Source of the DNA: Chloroflexota bacterium
Lineage (GTDB): Bacteria; Chloroflexota; Chloroflexia; Thermomicrobiales; UBA6265
NCBI GenBank assembly: GCA_023423795.1
Contig: JAFAEX010000309.1
Location: 3,177 to 67,176, forward strand
Direction: 5' to 3'
DNA: 64,000 nt
Positions 7,824-16,754 of this stretch are shown piece by piece; within the stretch, counting starts at the first letter, position 1; each line of letters starts with the position of its first letter. The notes beneath the pieces were generated by a model, which saw only the letters and a program-made list of their open reading frames with translations, was not told the origin of the DNA and searched no databases. Position numbers and translations under genes: made by a program.

Positions 7824-9347
7824 TTACGGCTTCGGCGCGGTCGGCCAGCGGCCGTACCAGTCGAACGGCTCGGGGTTGAGGTTGACCACCACGTTCTTCA
7901 CCTGGGTGTACAGGTCCATGACGTGGCGCGACAACTCGCGGCCAAGGCCGGACTGCTTGTAGCCGCCGAACGGGGCCTCCGGCGGGTTCACCGTCGGGTA
8001 GTTGATCGAGACGTTGCCGGCCTGCAACCGGCGGGCGAGGTTGTGCGCCCGCTTGATGTCGTTCGTCCAGACCGTGGCCGCGAGCCCGTAGATGGTCGAG
8101 TTCGCCATCCGCACCAGGTCGTCCTCGTCGGAGAACGGGATCACGGCCAGCACGGGTCCGAAGACCTCCTCCTGGGCGAGGCGCATGTCGGCGCTGACCC
8201 GGTCGAAGACGGTCGGCTCGACGAAGTTGCCGGCCGCGAGTTCGCCCAGATCGACCTTCTTGCCGCCAGCCACCAGTTCGGCGCCGTCCTCCCGCGCGTA
8301 GGAGCAGTACTGGAGGATGCGGTTCTGCTGCGACGGCGAGATCACCGGCCCCATCTGGGTCTCGTGCTCCAGCGGGTCGCCGATGCGGATCTGCCGCGCC
8401 TTCGCCACGAAATCGGCGAGGAAGGTGTCGTGGATGTCCTTGTGCAGGAACAGCCGCGTGCGGGCCGTGCAGCGCTGGCCGGCGTTTGTGTAGATCGCGA
8501 ACAGGGAGCCGTCCACCGCTTCCGGGAACGTGGCGTCCGGGAAGACGATGTTCGGGCTCTTGCCGCCGAGTTCGAGCGACACCTTCTTGATGGTGCCGGC
8601 GGCGAGCTGGATGATGCGCTTGCCGGTTTCGGTTTCGCCGGTGAAAGCGACCTTGTCCACGCCGGGGTGGGCGCACATCGCCTCGCCGACCAGCTTGCCC
8701 GGCCCGGTGAGCACGTTCACCACGCCGTCCGGCACACCCGCCTCGCGGCAGATCTGGCCGAGCAGGATGGCGGTCAGCGGGGTGACGCTGGCCGGCTTGA
8801 GGATGAGGGTGTTGCCCGCCGCCAGCGCCGGGGCGAGTTTCCACGAAGCCATCAGCAGCGGGAAGTTCCAGGGCACGATCTGCGCGCAGACGCCGACCGG
8901 TTCGCGCAGGGTGTAGTCGAGCAACGGCCCGTTCATCGGGATCTGCTCGCCCCAGAGTTGGGTCGCCAGACCGGCGTAGTATTCGAAGCAGTTGGCCGAG
9001 GCGGTCACGTCGCCGCGCGACTCGACGATGATCTTGCCGCAGTTCATCGTCTCCAGGCGCGCTATCTCGTCGATCCGCTCCCGCAGCAGGTTCGCGATCC
9101 GGTGCAGGATGCGCGAGCGCTCCAGCGGCGTCATTCGCGGCCACCGGCCGTCGTCGAACGCGCGGCGGGCGGCGGCGACCGCCCGATCGACGTCCTCCGT
9201 GCCGGCCTTGGCGACCACGCCGATCGCCTTGTTGGTGGTCGGGCTGACGGTTTCGAACGTCTCCCCGGAGGCGGACGGCACGTCCTTGCCGTCGATCAGC
9301 AGGTTCCAGGTGCGAAGCGCCGTCGCGGGCGCGTGGTCGATCGACAT
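7824..9347 (-). CDS. NAD(P)-dependent aldehyde dehydrogenase
   Basis: 507 aa. Motifs FTGETETGK and VSLELGGKSPNIVF, plus the catalytic Cys region NAGQRCTA. Start trimmed to MSIDHAP. Confidence 0.9.
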   Translation of the reverse strand: MSIDHAPATALRTWNLLIDGKDVPSASGETFETVSPTTNKAIGVVAKAGTEDVDRAVAAARRAFDDGRWPRMTPLERSRILHRIANLLRERIDEIARLETMNCGKIIVESRGDVTASANCFEYYAGLATQLWGEQIPMNGPLLDYTLREPVGVCAQIVPWNFPLLMASWKLAPALAAGNTLILKPASVTPLTAILLGQICREAGVPDGVVNVLTGPGKLVGEAMCAHPGVDKVAFTGETETGKRIIQLAAGTIKKVSLELGGKSPNIVFPDATFPEAVDGSLFAIYTNAGQRCTARTRLFLHKDIHDTFLADFVAKARQIRIGDPLEHETQMGPVISPSQQNRILQYCSYAREDGAELVAGGKKVDLGELAAGNFVEPTVFDRVSADMRLAQEEVFGPVLAVIPFSDEDDLVRMANSTIYGLAATVWTNDIKRAHNLARRLQAGNVSINYPTVNPPEAPFGGYKQSGLGRELSRHVMDLYTQVKNVVVNLNPEPFDWYGRWPTAPKP

Positions 9348-9456
9348 GGCAGGGGTCCTTTTCCGTGGCGCGGCGGGCGAAACGACGATGCCGGCGAGGA
9401 TAGCACGGCGGCCGGACGCAACCGCCGGGCGATGAGGTAAACTGCGTGGCGCACCC

Positions 9457-9539
9457 GCCGGGGTGGCGAAATGGCAGACGCAGCGCACTCAAAATGCGCC
9501 GGGGGAAACCCCGTGCGGGTTCGAATCCCGCTCCCGGCA
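9457..9539 (+). tRNA. tRNA-Leu (anticodon CAA), class II with long variable arm
   Basis: Hand-folded. Acceptor GCCGGGG/TCCCGGC. Anticodon stem GCGCA/TGCGC with loop CTCAAAA. Variable arm CGGGGGAAACCCCGT. T-arm GCGGG-TTCGAAT-CCCGC. Discriminator A. CCA is not encoded. Confidence 0.9.
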
Positions 9540-9604
9540 CCCCTCAAGAAACCGCATGAACAAGCGAAAACCGGCGGGCGCCATCGCCCGCCGGTTTCGT
9601 CGCC

Positions 9605-9850
9605 TCAGCCGGATTTACCCATTCGCTTACCCATTCCTGGGATGTGGCCCGTCGCGGTCGTGCCGAAAATCGCGTCCATCGCGGCAGCGGCGCCCTGCAA
9701 CGCCGCTGCCGACAGGTGGCCGCAGGGGTCCAAAGTCAGCGTCAGGGTGGAATGCCCGAGCGTGCGGGAGGCCATCGCCAGTGGCGCGCCTCGGGCGATC
9801 GGCATGGGCGCACAAGCAGCCGTGTGCCCATTGACCCTGCCCGCGCGCCG
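9605..9850 (-). pseudogene. tyrosine-recombinase (phage integrase family) C-terminal remnant
   Basis: Minus-strand frame ends ...GHTAACAPMPIARGAPLAMASRTLGHSTLTLTLDPCGHL. This matches the box II consensus (HxxR...G.pl..vs..LGHssi.tT.d.YgHl), but the catalytic Tyr position reads Cys. There is no N-terminal or core-binding part. It sits 66 nt from the tRNA-Leu 3' end. Confidence 0.6.
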
Positions 9851-9915
9851 GACGGCGACCGCGGCTATCCTGCGCCCTGTCGTTGGCGAGTCGGTCATCG
9901 GGAAGGACCTGCGCG

Positions 9916-10686
9916 GTGCGGACATCGGTGGCGTGGTGGTGCCTCGAAGGGCTGGGTTTGGACGCGGATGGAATCGTCCGTGCAGCGGTGGACGCGGGCT
10001 GCGACGGGGTGGAGATGGCCCCGGTGGAGCACTGGCCTCGCATCCGCGAGGCTGGGCTGGCCCTCGCCGCCGACCGCGGGCATGCGTCGCTCGAAGTCGG
10101 GCTGAACCACACGGCGGAGCACGAGCGCATCGAGCGCGAGATCCTGGCCAACCTTCGGCAGGCACGGGAGTGGGGCGTTTCCACGCTCATCTGCTTCAGC
10201 GGCAACCGGGACGGGATTTCGGACGACGAAGGCGCCGAGCACACCATCGCCGGGCTGCGACGGGTCGCGAAGGCCGCCGAGGATGCGGGCGTTACGCTCG
10301 CGGTGGAACTGCTCAACAGCCGGGTGGATCACCCAGATTACCAATGCGACCGGACCGCATGGGGCGCGCGCGTGATCGACGCCGTGGGCTCGCCTCGGGT
10401 GAAGTTGCTCTACGACGTCTACCACATGCAGATCATGGAAGGCGACGTCATCCGCACCCTGACAGAGTACGCCGGACGCATCGGGCACTACCACGTCGCG
10501 GGCAACCCCGGCCGCAACGAACCGGACGCGAGCCAGGAACTCAACTATCCGCCGATTTATCGGGCCATCGCCGCGACCGGGTTCGACGGCTGGATCGGCA
10601 TGGAGTTCATCCCGACCGGTGACCCGGTCGCGTCCCTGCGCTCGCCCGTCGCCGACGTCCACCGCAGCCTGGGCGAGGGCGCTTGA
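9916..10686 (+). CDS. hydroxypyruvate isomerase-like / xylose-isomerase-like TIM-barrel protein
   Basis: VELLNSRVDHPDYQ...LLYDVYHMQIMEGD...IGHYHVAGNPGRNEP...GWIGMEF resembles the Hyi/AP_endonuc_2 family. GTG 9916 with GGAAGGA upstream is preferred over the longer 9883 start. Confidence 0.75.
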   Translation: MRTSVAWWCLEGLGLDADGIVRAAVDAGCDGVEMAPVEHWPRIREAGLALAADRGHASLEVGLNHTAEHERIEREILANLRQAREWGVSTLICFSGNRDGISDDEGAEHTIAGLRRVAKAAEDAGVTLAVELLNSRVDHPDYQCDRTAWGARVIDAVGSPRVKLLYDVYHMQIMEGDVIRTLTEYAGRIGHYHVAGNPGRNEPDASQELNYPPIYRAIAATGFDGWIGMEFIPTGDPVASLRSPVADVHRSLGEGA

Positions 10687-10772
10687 GGGGTCACCCGGGC
10701 GCTTCGGGCGCTGTGCGGCGCCGTAGTTACCGTCGGCCAGCGCGGGTGGCTGTCATCCCGAACGCCCTCCCG

Positions 10773-11183
10773 TCATCCCGGCCGCGAGTCCAGCGGCGGG
10801 TCGAACCGGAGGCGGTCGCCAACCGCGATGCCGCGGGTGCGGGCCGTGCCGGCGTTTGCCTCGATGACCGCGGCGGCGAAGGTGAAATCGAACCGCCAGG
10901 GCTGCATCGCCTCGCGTATCCCGACGACGGCTCCCGTTTCGTCGAGGAAGATCAGGTCGATCGGGAAGCGCATGAAGTGAGTGTGGATGCCCCGCGACGG
11001 GCGGAACAACAGGCCGTCGCCCGCCGGGAGCGCGGCGTCGAACATGAGGCCCTTGAAGGTTCCCCACGGCCCGCTGGCGAGGCGCACGTTGTCGAGCGCC
11101 ACCGCGCCCGTCCGCGCGTCGATCGCGCGAGATCCCGGCTGCGCCGCTAGTCGCAGCGCATTTCCGGTTGCGCGGTCCGGCAT
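10773..11183 (-). CDS. DUF192 domain protein
   Basis: GLMFDAALPAGDGLLFRPSRGIHTHFMRFPIDLIFLDETGAVVGI is the DUF192 core. Start at MPDRATG, preceded by GGAG; longer starts are possible. Confidence 0.7.
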   Translation of the reverse strand: MPDRATGNALRLAAQPGSRAIDARTGAVALDNVRLASGPWGTFKGLMFDAALPAGDGLLFRPSRGIHTHFMRFPIDLIFLDETGAVVGIREAMQPWRFDFTFAAAVIEANAGTARTRGIAVGDRLRFDPPLDSRPG

Positions 11184-11323
11184 GGTCGTCTCCGGCTGTT
11201 GGCCGAGGTGCGGCATGAATGATTCCGATTGAGGTTCGATGGCGAGCGCGGGACGCAGGGCGCATGAGCGAAGGGAGGACGGGCTGAGGAACGCCGGCGG
11301 GCTCGTGGAGCGCAACCCTTGCG

Positions 11324-11875
11324 TCAGTCCCCGCTGGGCGCGGGGACCGGGGAGGCCGTTGACGTCGCGACCCGGCGCTGGACGGCAGCGACTCGGGTTC
11401 GGCGCGGCACGGCCGACGCGCCGTCCACCGCGACGATCGGCCCGGTGACGACCGCGTCGCGCTCGGCCCGCGAGATTGCCCGCAGCCGGTCGGAGCCGAA
11501 TCCGCCCGCCGCGATCCGCGCCAGCCGCTTGAGGTTTGCCGCCGGAAAATGCCGCCGCTCGTAGCGTGGCGCGCGGGCCGCGCCGAGCGCAAACTGCTCC
11601 TGCGTGACATCCAGCAGCAGCGCGTCCCCCGCGCTGCCCCGCACGAGGTCAACCGGCACGATCGCCGGTTCCGGCCCGTCGGCGGGCTGGATGACGAGCA
11701 TGGTCACTTCGCCCTGCTCCTCATCGACGACGACCTGCCGCAGCGTCCCGACCGGGCCGTCGATGGCGTAGACGCGGCTGCCGCGCTCGTAGCGGACGGG
11801 ACCGCCTACTTCGCTGGCGGGCGCTGCCGTGTCGGCTGGGCCGTCGTGTGCGCTTTGGTGCATTGGCTTACCCAT
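11324..11875 (-). CDS. hypothetical protein with PRC-barrel-like N-terminal region
   Basis: 183-aa ORF with AGGA RBS. RVYAIDGPVGTLRQVVVDEEQGEVTMLVIQ...IVPVDLV looks like a PRC-barrel/DUF2171-type beta barrel. This is inference only. Confidence 0.5.
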   Translation of the reverse strand: MGKPMHQSAHDGPADTAAPASEVGGPVRYERGSRVYAIDGPVGTLRQVVVDEEQGEVTMLVIQPADGPEPAIVPVDLVRGSAGDALLLDVTQEQFALGAARAPRYERRHFPAANLKRLARIAAGGFGSDRLRAISRAERDAVVTGPIVAVDGASAVPRRTRVAAVQRRVATSTASPVPAPSGD

Positions 11876-11891
11876 TTCCTGTCCTAAGGCC

Positions 11892-13421
11892 TTAACCGGA
11901 AACGGCCGGTCGGTAGACGACGACGAAGGGTTCGGGCGCGCGGCGGCGATTGAGGACCAGCGCGGCCAGGATCGGCGGGATGAGGGCCAGCGCCACCAAC
12001 GGCAAGGTCGGCAGCGGCCTGCTCGCCGGCGACGCGTCGAGCGCGATGACCAGCCCGGTTGCGGGATCGACCGTCAGCCGCACCCGGTCGCCGACCATCA
12101 GGGCGGCGAGCGCGCTCTCGGCGCCGTCGCGCGCGACCGGGGCGTCGTCCGCCAGCCGATGCTCGGCGCGCGGTTGCCCCGGTTGGGCGATGGCCACCCG
12201 CCCGCCGCCGGCGCCGATCAGCGTGCCGTCGATGGTTGCTGGCGAGGCCGGGATGCCCGCCGCGGGCGTCGCGTCCGCGTCCTCGGCAACCGCGACCGGA
12301 GACGCCGCCACGTCGGCGTCGGCCTTCGCGGCAGGTGCCGGTGCGGTCGTGGCCGCGTTCGTCGCGGGCGGCTGGGCGAACCGGATCACCGGGCCGGGCT
12401 GCGCAGGCAGCGCGGCCGGGGTGACCGACGCCGACATGGCGCGGATTCGCTCCTCCTCGTCGTCTTCCTCGTCCGCTTCAGCGGCTCCGACCAGCGCGGC
12501 TGCCGCGATCTTCACCAATCCCGTTCCGGACCGTTCCGCGACGCCCTCGCCGGCCGCGATCGCATCGAGGGCCGGGGCCGCCATCGCGGCGGGATCGGCG
12601 TCGTTGCGGGTTTCGTCCACGGGCACGAACCGCAGGGCGAACCCGTCTCCGGGGTCCGCCGTGTCGATTGCCCAGCCGCCGGCGAGCGCGCCCCAATCGT
12701 GGGCGATGCTGCGCCGGAGGAACTCCCCGAGTCGCTTTCGTTCGGCGTGCGGCAAGACGAATCCGGCGTCACGCTCCCCGGCGGCGACCACCGTGGCCAG
12801 TCGGTCGGGCGAGGCGAGGGCCGCGCCCTGGGCGTTCAGGATGAGCAGCGCCGCCGGTTCCAATCCGGCGGCCGGGTCATCGGGCGAGATCGCCGCGCCG
12901 ATGTCGGCGGCGAGCGCGATGGCATCCAGCGCGATTTCGCGCCCGGTCCCATCGGCGTCCGGGGCGGCGCACGGCGCGACGCCCCAGGTCTTGAGCACCC
13001 CGGCAAGGGCGGAAACCGGTTCAGCCGGGGCGCCGTCGGGTACCGCGACCCGGAGTGTCGCATCGGTGGCGCCGGCCGCCGCCAGCGGCAGCGCGAACAG
13101 CGCCGGAGGCAGGCCGACGGCGCTGCCGGTGTCGATGCTCAACCCGGCGCCCGGCGCGTCGCAAACGAGGACAGTGGAGGACCAGACACCCTCCGCGCCG
13201 CCGAACAGGTCGTCCAGCGGCGAGGCGTCGGCCAGGGTGACGATCGCCACGTCGTCGGGCCCGCTCGCGTCGAAGGAGCGCAGCAGCTCGAGCCGCTGCC
13301 GGGCGTCGGCCGATTCGCCGATGGTGATGACGCGCCCGCCGGCCGCCTTTGCGGGCGCGGGCGGCGCGGCGATGGGCGCGACGAGCAACGCGGCGAGCGC
13401 TGCGGCGACGAGTCCTTGCAT
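11892..13421 (-). CDS. secreted, C-terminally membrane-anchored protein with DUF1002-like N-terminal domain
   Basis: Signal peptide MQGLVAAALAALLVAPIAAPPAPAKA. ITIGESADARQRLELLRSF...VSALAGVLKTW recalls DUF1002. Acidic EADEEDDEEE linker. C-terminal TM LPLVALALIPPILAALVL followed by NRRR. Confidence 0.6.
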   Translation of the reverse strand: MQGLVAAALAALLVAPIAAPPAPAKAAGGRVITIGESADARQRLELLRSFDASGPDDVAIVTLADASPLDDLFGGAEGVWSSTVLVCDAPGAGLSIDTGSAVGLPPALFALPLAAAGATDATLRVAVPDGAPAEPVSALAGVLKTWGVAPCAAPDADGTGREIALDAIALAADIGAAISPDDPAAGLEPAALLILNAQGAALASPDRLATVVAAGERDAGFVLPHAERKRLGEFLRRSIAHDWGALAGGWAIDTADPGDGFALRFVPVDETRNDADPAAMAAPALDAIAAGEGVAERSGTGLVKIAAAALVGAAEADEEDDEEERIRAMSASVTPAALPAQPGPVIRFAQPPATNAATTAPAPAAKADADVAASPVAVAEDADATPAAGIPASPATIDGTLIGAGGGRVAIAQPGQPRAEHRLADDAPVARDGAESALAALMVGDRVRLTVDPATGLVIALDASPASRPLPTLPLVALALIPPILAALVLNRRRAPEPFVVVYRPAVSG

Positions 13422-13927
13422 TCGGGGTGTGCGAGGCGGTCGGGCCACGACGGTCGTCCTTCGGTAGGTTCGCCCCGGAGGCCGGTCGTTCGGCGTCGGA
13501 GCGCGGCGGCCACGATTGCCCGCGCGGGCAGTGTTCGGGTCGCGACACAACGCTACCGAACGGGAAGCGCGCCGGGTATCCCGCATTTGCGCTAGTCGGA
13601 ACCGATGAAGGCTGAGGTAGACGGCCAACTGATGCCCCTGAACAGGCGGAAACCGGCCGCGCCGGCCGGGCTAACCGGCAGGACCTTTCGGCCTCCCTCA
13701 AATGCGCTAGTGCATTCGGGCGACCGGAAAATCATGCATTGATGGGATTCCCGGGATGTCCCCGGGCCGCACACTGGGCTCGTCAGGAAAGCCGGACGGG
13801 ACGGACGGGGCGGGGAACCGCGAAGGGCCGACCGGGACCGGACCGCGAATGCCGGGACGGCCCGGCTCGCCTGGCGCGGAATCACCCGGACTTTCCGGGA
13901 ACAGTGCTCGAGAGGAGCAGGGGAATC

Positions 13928-14119
13928 ATGGAAGCGTTCAAGGGTCTGGTCGATCGCATCATCACCGAGGAAGACGGCCAGGGCATGATCGAGTACGCGC
14001 TGATCGCGGCGCTGCTCTCGATCGCCGCGATTGCGGTTATCGTCAATCTCGGTCCTAAGCTCACCGATATCTTCACCGACGTTGAGGGCGGGCTCGACGG
14101 CACGGCGCCGACCCCGTAG
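13928..14119 (+). CDS. flp: Flp family type IVb pilin
   Basis: 63 aa. The EEDG|QGMIEYALIAALLSIAAIAVIV segment fits the Flp G/XXXXEY processing motif plus hydrophobic helix. GAGGAGCAGGGG RBS upstream. Confidence 0.85.
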   Translation: MEAFKGLVDRIITEEDGQGMIEYALIAALLSIAAIAVIVNLGPKLTDIFTDVEGGLDGTAPTP

Positions 14120-14129
14120 TCCTACTTTA

Positions 14130-14174
14130 GTTCGGCGGAGCCGGGCGGACAGTCGGCTCCCGGCCCCGCCGAAC
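14130..14174 (+). terminator. strong hairpin immediately after flp (terminator/attenuator)
   Basis: 16-bp stem GTTCGGCGGAGCCGGG / CCCGGCCCCGCCGAAC with 1 mismatch and a 13-nt loop. There is no clear U tract. Confidence 0.5.
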
Positions 14175-14260
14175 TTCATCAAATGATTGAGACGAGTGGC
14201 GATGTGGCCGAGTTTTGCCGCCCGATATATTGCTGGGTGTAGTAAGGGGAGCCTGAGGCA

Positions 14261-14767
14261 ATGGATCTAGGTTCAACTACGCTCGGAACGCTTCAGGTGG
14301 CGATGATCTTGATATGCATAGCCGCCGCTGTGACTACTGATCTACGGTGGCGGAGAATTCCCAATGTTGTAACGGGACCGACTGCGCTACTGGGAGTGGT
14401 TGTCAGCGTAGCAATGCACGGCTGGCATGGGCTCGTAGATTCGTTCACGGGGTGCCTGCTCGGAGGATCGCTGTTCCTGCTACCAGTCGCATTGCGTTGG
14501 TGGGGCGCGGGCGACCTGAAACTGTGCGCCGCGCTGGGTGCAATCGGCGGTCCGGTCTTCATCCTCTGGGCTGGCCTGTATTCCTTCGCCGCCGGCGGTC
14601 TGATGGCGCTGGCCGTCCTGCTCATGAAGCGGCAGACGGCACCAGTTCTCGCCGGCATCGCGGTCGATCTCTACACGAAGCAGGCACCACAGGCGGCAAG
14701 CGGCATCCGGCTCCCGTACGCGGTGCCGATCGCGGTCGGCACGCTGATCGCCCTGGTGGTGCGCTAG
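14261..14767 (+). CDS. tadV: A24-family prepilin peptidase, CpaA/TadV type
   Basis: Polytopic membrane protein with both catalytic Asp contexts: TTDLRWRRIPN and WGAGDLKLCAALG. Confidence 0.8.
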   Translation: MDLGSTTLGTLQVAMILICIAAAVTTDLRWRRIPNVVTGPTALLGVVVSVAMHGWHGLVDSFTGCLLGGSLFLLPVALRWWGAGDLKLCAALGAIGGPVFILWAGLYSFAAGGLMALAVLLMKRQTAPVLAGIAVDLYTKQAPQAASGIRLPYAVPIAVGTLIALVVR

Positions 14768-15181
14768 ATGGACGCCGCCGCTCGTCGCTCTCGGGCGCGC
14801 CGCGGTTGGGCGTCGGCGGCGCGCGGGCAGTCGATGGTCGAGTTCGCGCTCGTCATCCCGATCTTCCTGACCCTGGTCTTCGGCATCCTGGACCTCGGGC
14901 GCGTCGTTTTCACGAAGGCGCAACTGGAGAACGCGGTGCGCGAGGGCGTCCGCGTCGGGCTGGTCGCGGAGCCGCCGTTCGCCTCGAAGGTCGCGACGCG
15001 GATCAAGGAGCAGCCGCTGCTGTCGGCCGCGAACGTGACCGTGACCTGCAGCCCGACCTCCTGCGCCTACGGCTCGACAGTCAGGGTCTCGGCCTCGATG
15101 CGGGCGAACCTCGTCGCCGGCGGCCTCCTCGGGCTCGCCGATCCGATGCTGACGGCGGCCGCGGCCGGAAGGATCGAGTGA
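14768..15181 (+). CDS. tadE: TadE-like pseudopilin
   Basis: [27 protein letters not shown] is the TadE N-terminal signature with a G/XXXXEF-like site. Confidence 0.8.
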   Translation: MDAAARRSRARRGWASAARGQSMVEFALVIPIFLTLVFGILDLGRVVFTKAQLENAVREGVRVGLVAEPPFASKVATRIKEQPLLSAANVTVTCSPTSCAYGSTVRVSASMRANLVAGGLLGLADPMLTAAAAGRIE

Positions 15182-15633
15182 TGGACGGCGTGGTGGGACG
15201 GTTTGCAAAGGCGATCAGGCGCACCGAGCGCGGCCAGTCGGTCGTCGAATTCGCGATCGTGCTCCCGGTGCTGCTGTTCATCGCGCTCGGCGCGGTGGAC
15301 GTGGGCCGGGTGTTTTTCGACTACATCGGCCTGCGCGCCGCCGCGATGGACGGTGCGCTCTACGGGGCCCGGTTCCCCGGCGAGACGGCCGCCATCAAGC
15401 AGCGGGTGGCCGACCACTTCCTGCCGAACCCGCTGCCGAGCGGTACCGGGATCACCGTGGCCACCGACCCGCTCTGTGTCGGGTCCGACAGTCTCGGCAA
15501 GACCGGGTTCGTCAGCGTGACGGTGACGCGGCAGTTCAAGCCGATTTCGCTGACCGCGCTGCAGTTTCTCGCCGACAGGTTGAACTGGACCTTCACCATC
15601 TCCCCGACGGCCAAGGCCAGGTGCATGACGTGA
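15181..15633 (+). CDS. TadE/TadF-like pseudopilin
   Basis: RGQSVVEFAIVLPVLLFIALGAVDVGR. Start overlaps the previous stop (GTGATG). Confidence 0.75.
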   Translation: MDGVVGRFAKAIRRTERGQSVVEFAIVLPVLLFIALGAVDVGRVFFDYIGLRAAAMDGALYGARFPGETAAIKQRVADHFLPNPLPSGTGITVATDPLCVGSDSLGKTGFVSVTVTRQFKPISLTALQFLADRLNWTFTISPTAKARCMT

Positions 15634-16691
15634 TGACCCGCCTGCTTCAGATCGCCCGGTTCGACGCGCTTCGTCGCGCCGTGCGGACCCGCGCCGCGCG
15701 CGGCCAAGTGGTCATCATGTTCGCCGTCGTCTCGGTCTCGCTGATCGGGATGATGGGCCTGGCGATCGACGGCGGCTTCTACCTGTACGCGCGCCGGACC
15801 GCGCAGGCGGCAGCGGACGCCGCCGCGCTGGCTGGCGCGCGGCAGTTGTCGCAATCGAAGGCGGCCCAGTCGGACGCCGCCGCCGTGGCGGCCGCCAACG
15901 GGCAGGGCGGCGTCAATCCCACCGTCGTCGAGTGCCGGTACGTCAACGACGGGAATGACGAGGTCTCCTCGGGCTCGACCTGCGGGACCCCGCCCGCGAC
16001 GGCGAGCGGAGTGCGCGTCCGCACCCAGGCCAGCGTGCCGACCTTCTTCATGAACGTCATTCCCGGCGCGCCGAACTCGGCCACCGCGACCGGCCGGGCT
16101 ACCGCCCGCGTGCAGGTGCTGAAGACCGACGGCCCGATCGGGTCGCTGGGCTCGAACGCCCCGTTCATCGTCTGCGGCAACGTCGGCAAGCTCGTTTCCG
16201 GCGGCACCATGGAGATCGTGGAAAGCACGAGCCCGTTCAAGATCAACCCGGATGCGGTCGGAAAGACGTTCCGCATCCACGACTCGAACCTCGGCTCGTC
16301 CGACTGCGACGCACAGGGGAACAGCTTCAAGGGCCTCGCCGACCAGGACCAGAACGGCAACCGCACGGTGCCCGGCTGGTTCGCCTACGACAACGGCACC
16401 AAGGCCGGCCCGACCCGTGCCGACGTGTCCGGTCCGGGCGGGTGCAAGAAGGACACCGCGCCGCCCTACAACTGCGTGGTCCTCCTGCCGCTGGCGACGG
16501 ACAGCCCGAAGCCGAGCAAGAACCCGCCCGAGATCTACGTCTACGGGTTCGCCGCGTTCGAGATCACCGAGGCGGCGTCGAACGCGCACAACGGGAAACT
16601 CCTCGGGGGATACCTCCTCACCGGCGAAGGGTCCAACGGCTGGACGCCGAGTTCCGGCGGCAGCATGGTCACCATCCGCCTGACCGAATGA
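15633..16691 (+). CDS. tadG: TadG-like (Tad_N, putative Flp pilus-assembly) protein
   Basis: RGQVVIMFAVVSVSLIGMMGLAIDGGFYLYARRTAQAAADAAALAGA is the typical Tad_N motif. TGATG overlap with the previous gene. Confidence 0.75.
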   Translation: MTRLLQIARFDALRRAVRTRAARGQVVIMFAVVSVSLIGMMGLAIDGGFYLYARRTAQAAADAAALAGARQLSQSKAAQSDAAAVAAANGQGGVNPTVVECRYVNDGNDEVSSGSTCGTPPATASGVRVRTQASVPTFFMNVIPGAPNSATATGRATARVQVLKTDGPIGSLGSNAPFIVCGNVGKLVSGGTMEIVESTSPFKINPDAVGKTFRIHDSNLGSSDCDAQGNSFKGLADQDQNGNRTVPGWFAYDNGTKAGPTRADVSGPGGCKKDTAPPYNCVVLLPLATDSPKPSKNPPEIYVYGFAAFEITEAASNAHNGKLLGGYLLTGEGSNGWTPSSGGSMVTIRLTE

Positions 16692-16754
16692 CCCGCGGTT
16701 GCTTTGGATACCGACGACGCAGACCGAAAATCGGACAAGACCAGGGAACGCGCA

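Noticed and set aside
6718-9540. Very long ORFs antisense to or overlapping real genes. Examples: 6718-9540 (940 aa), 15360-17741 (793 aa), 55477-58077 (866 aa), 45289-47643 (784 aa).
   Set aside because: Their products are Arg/Pro/Gly/Ala-rich with no motifs. They overlap ORFs with clear family signatures on the other strand. This is the expected stop-codon-poor artefact of a very GC-rich genome.
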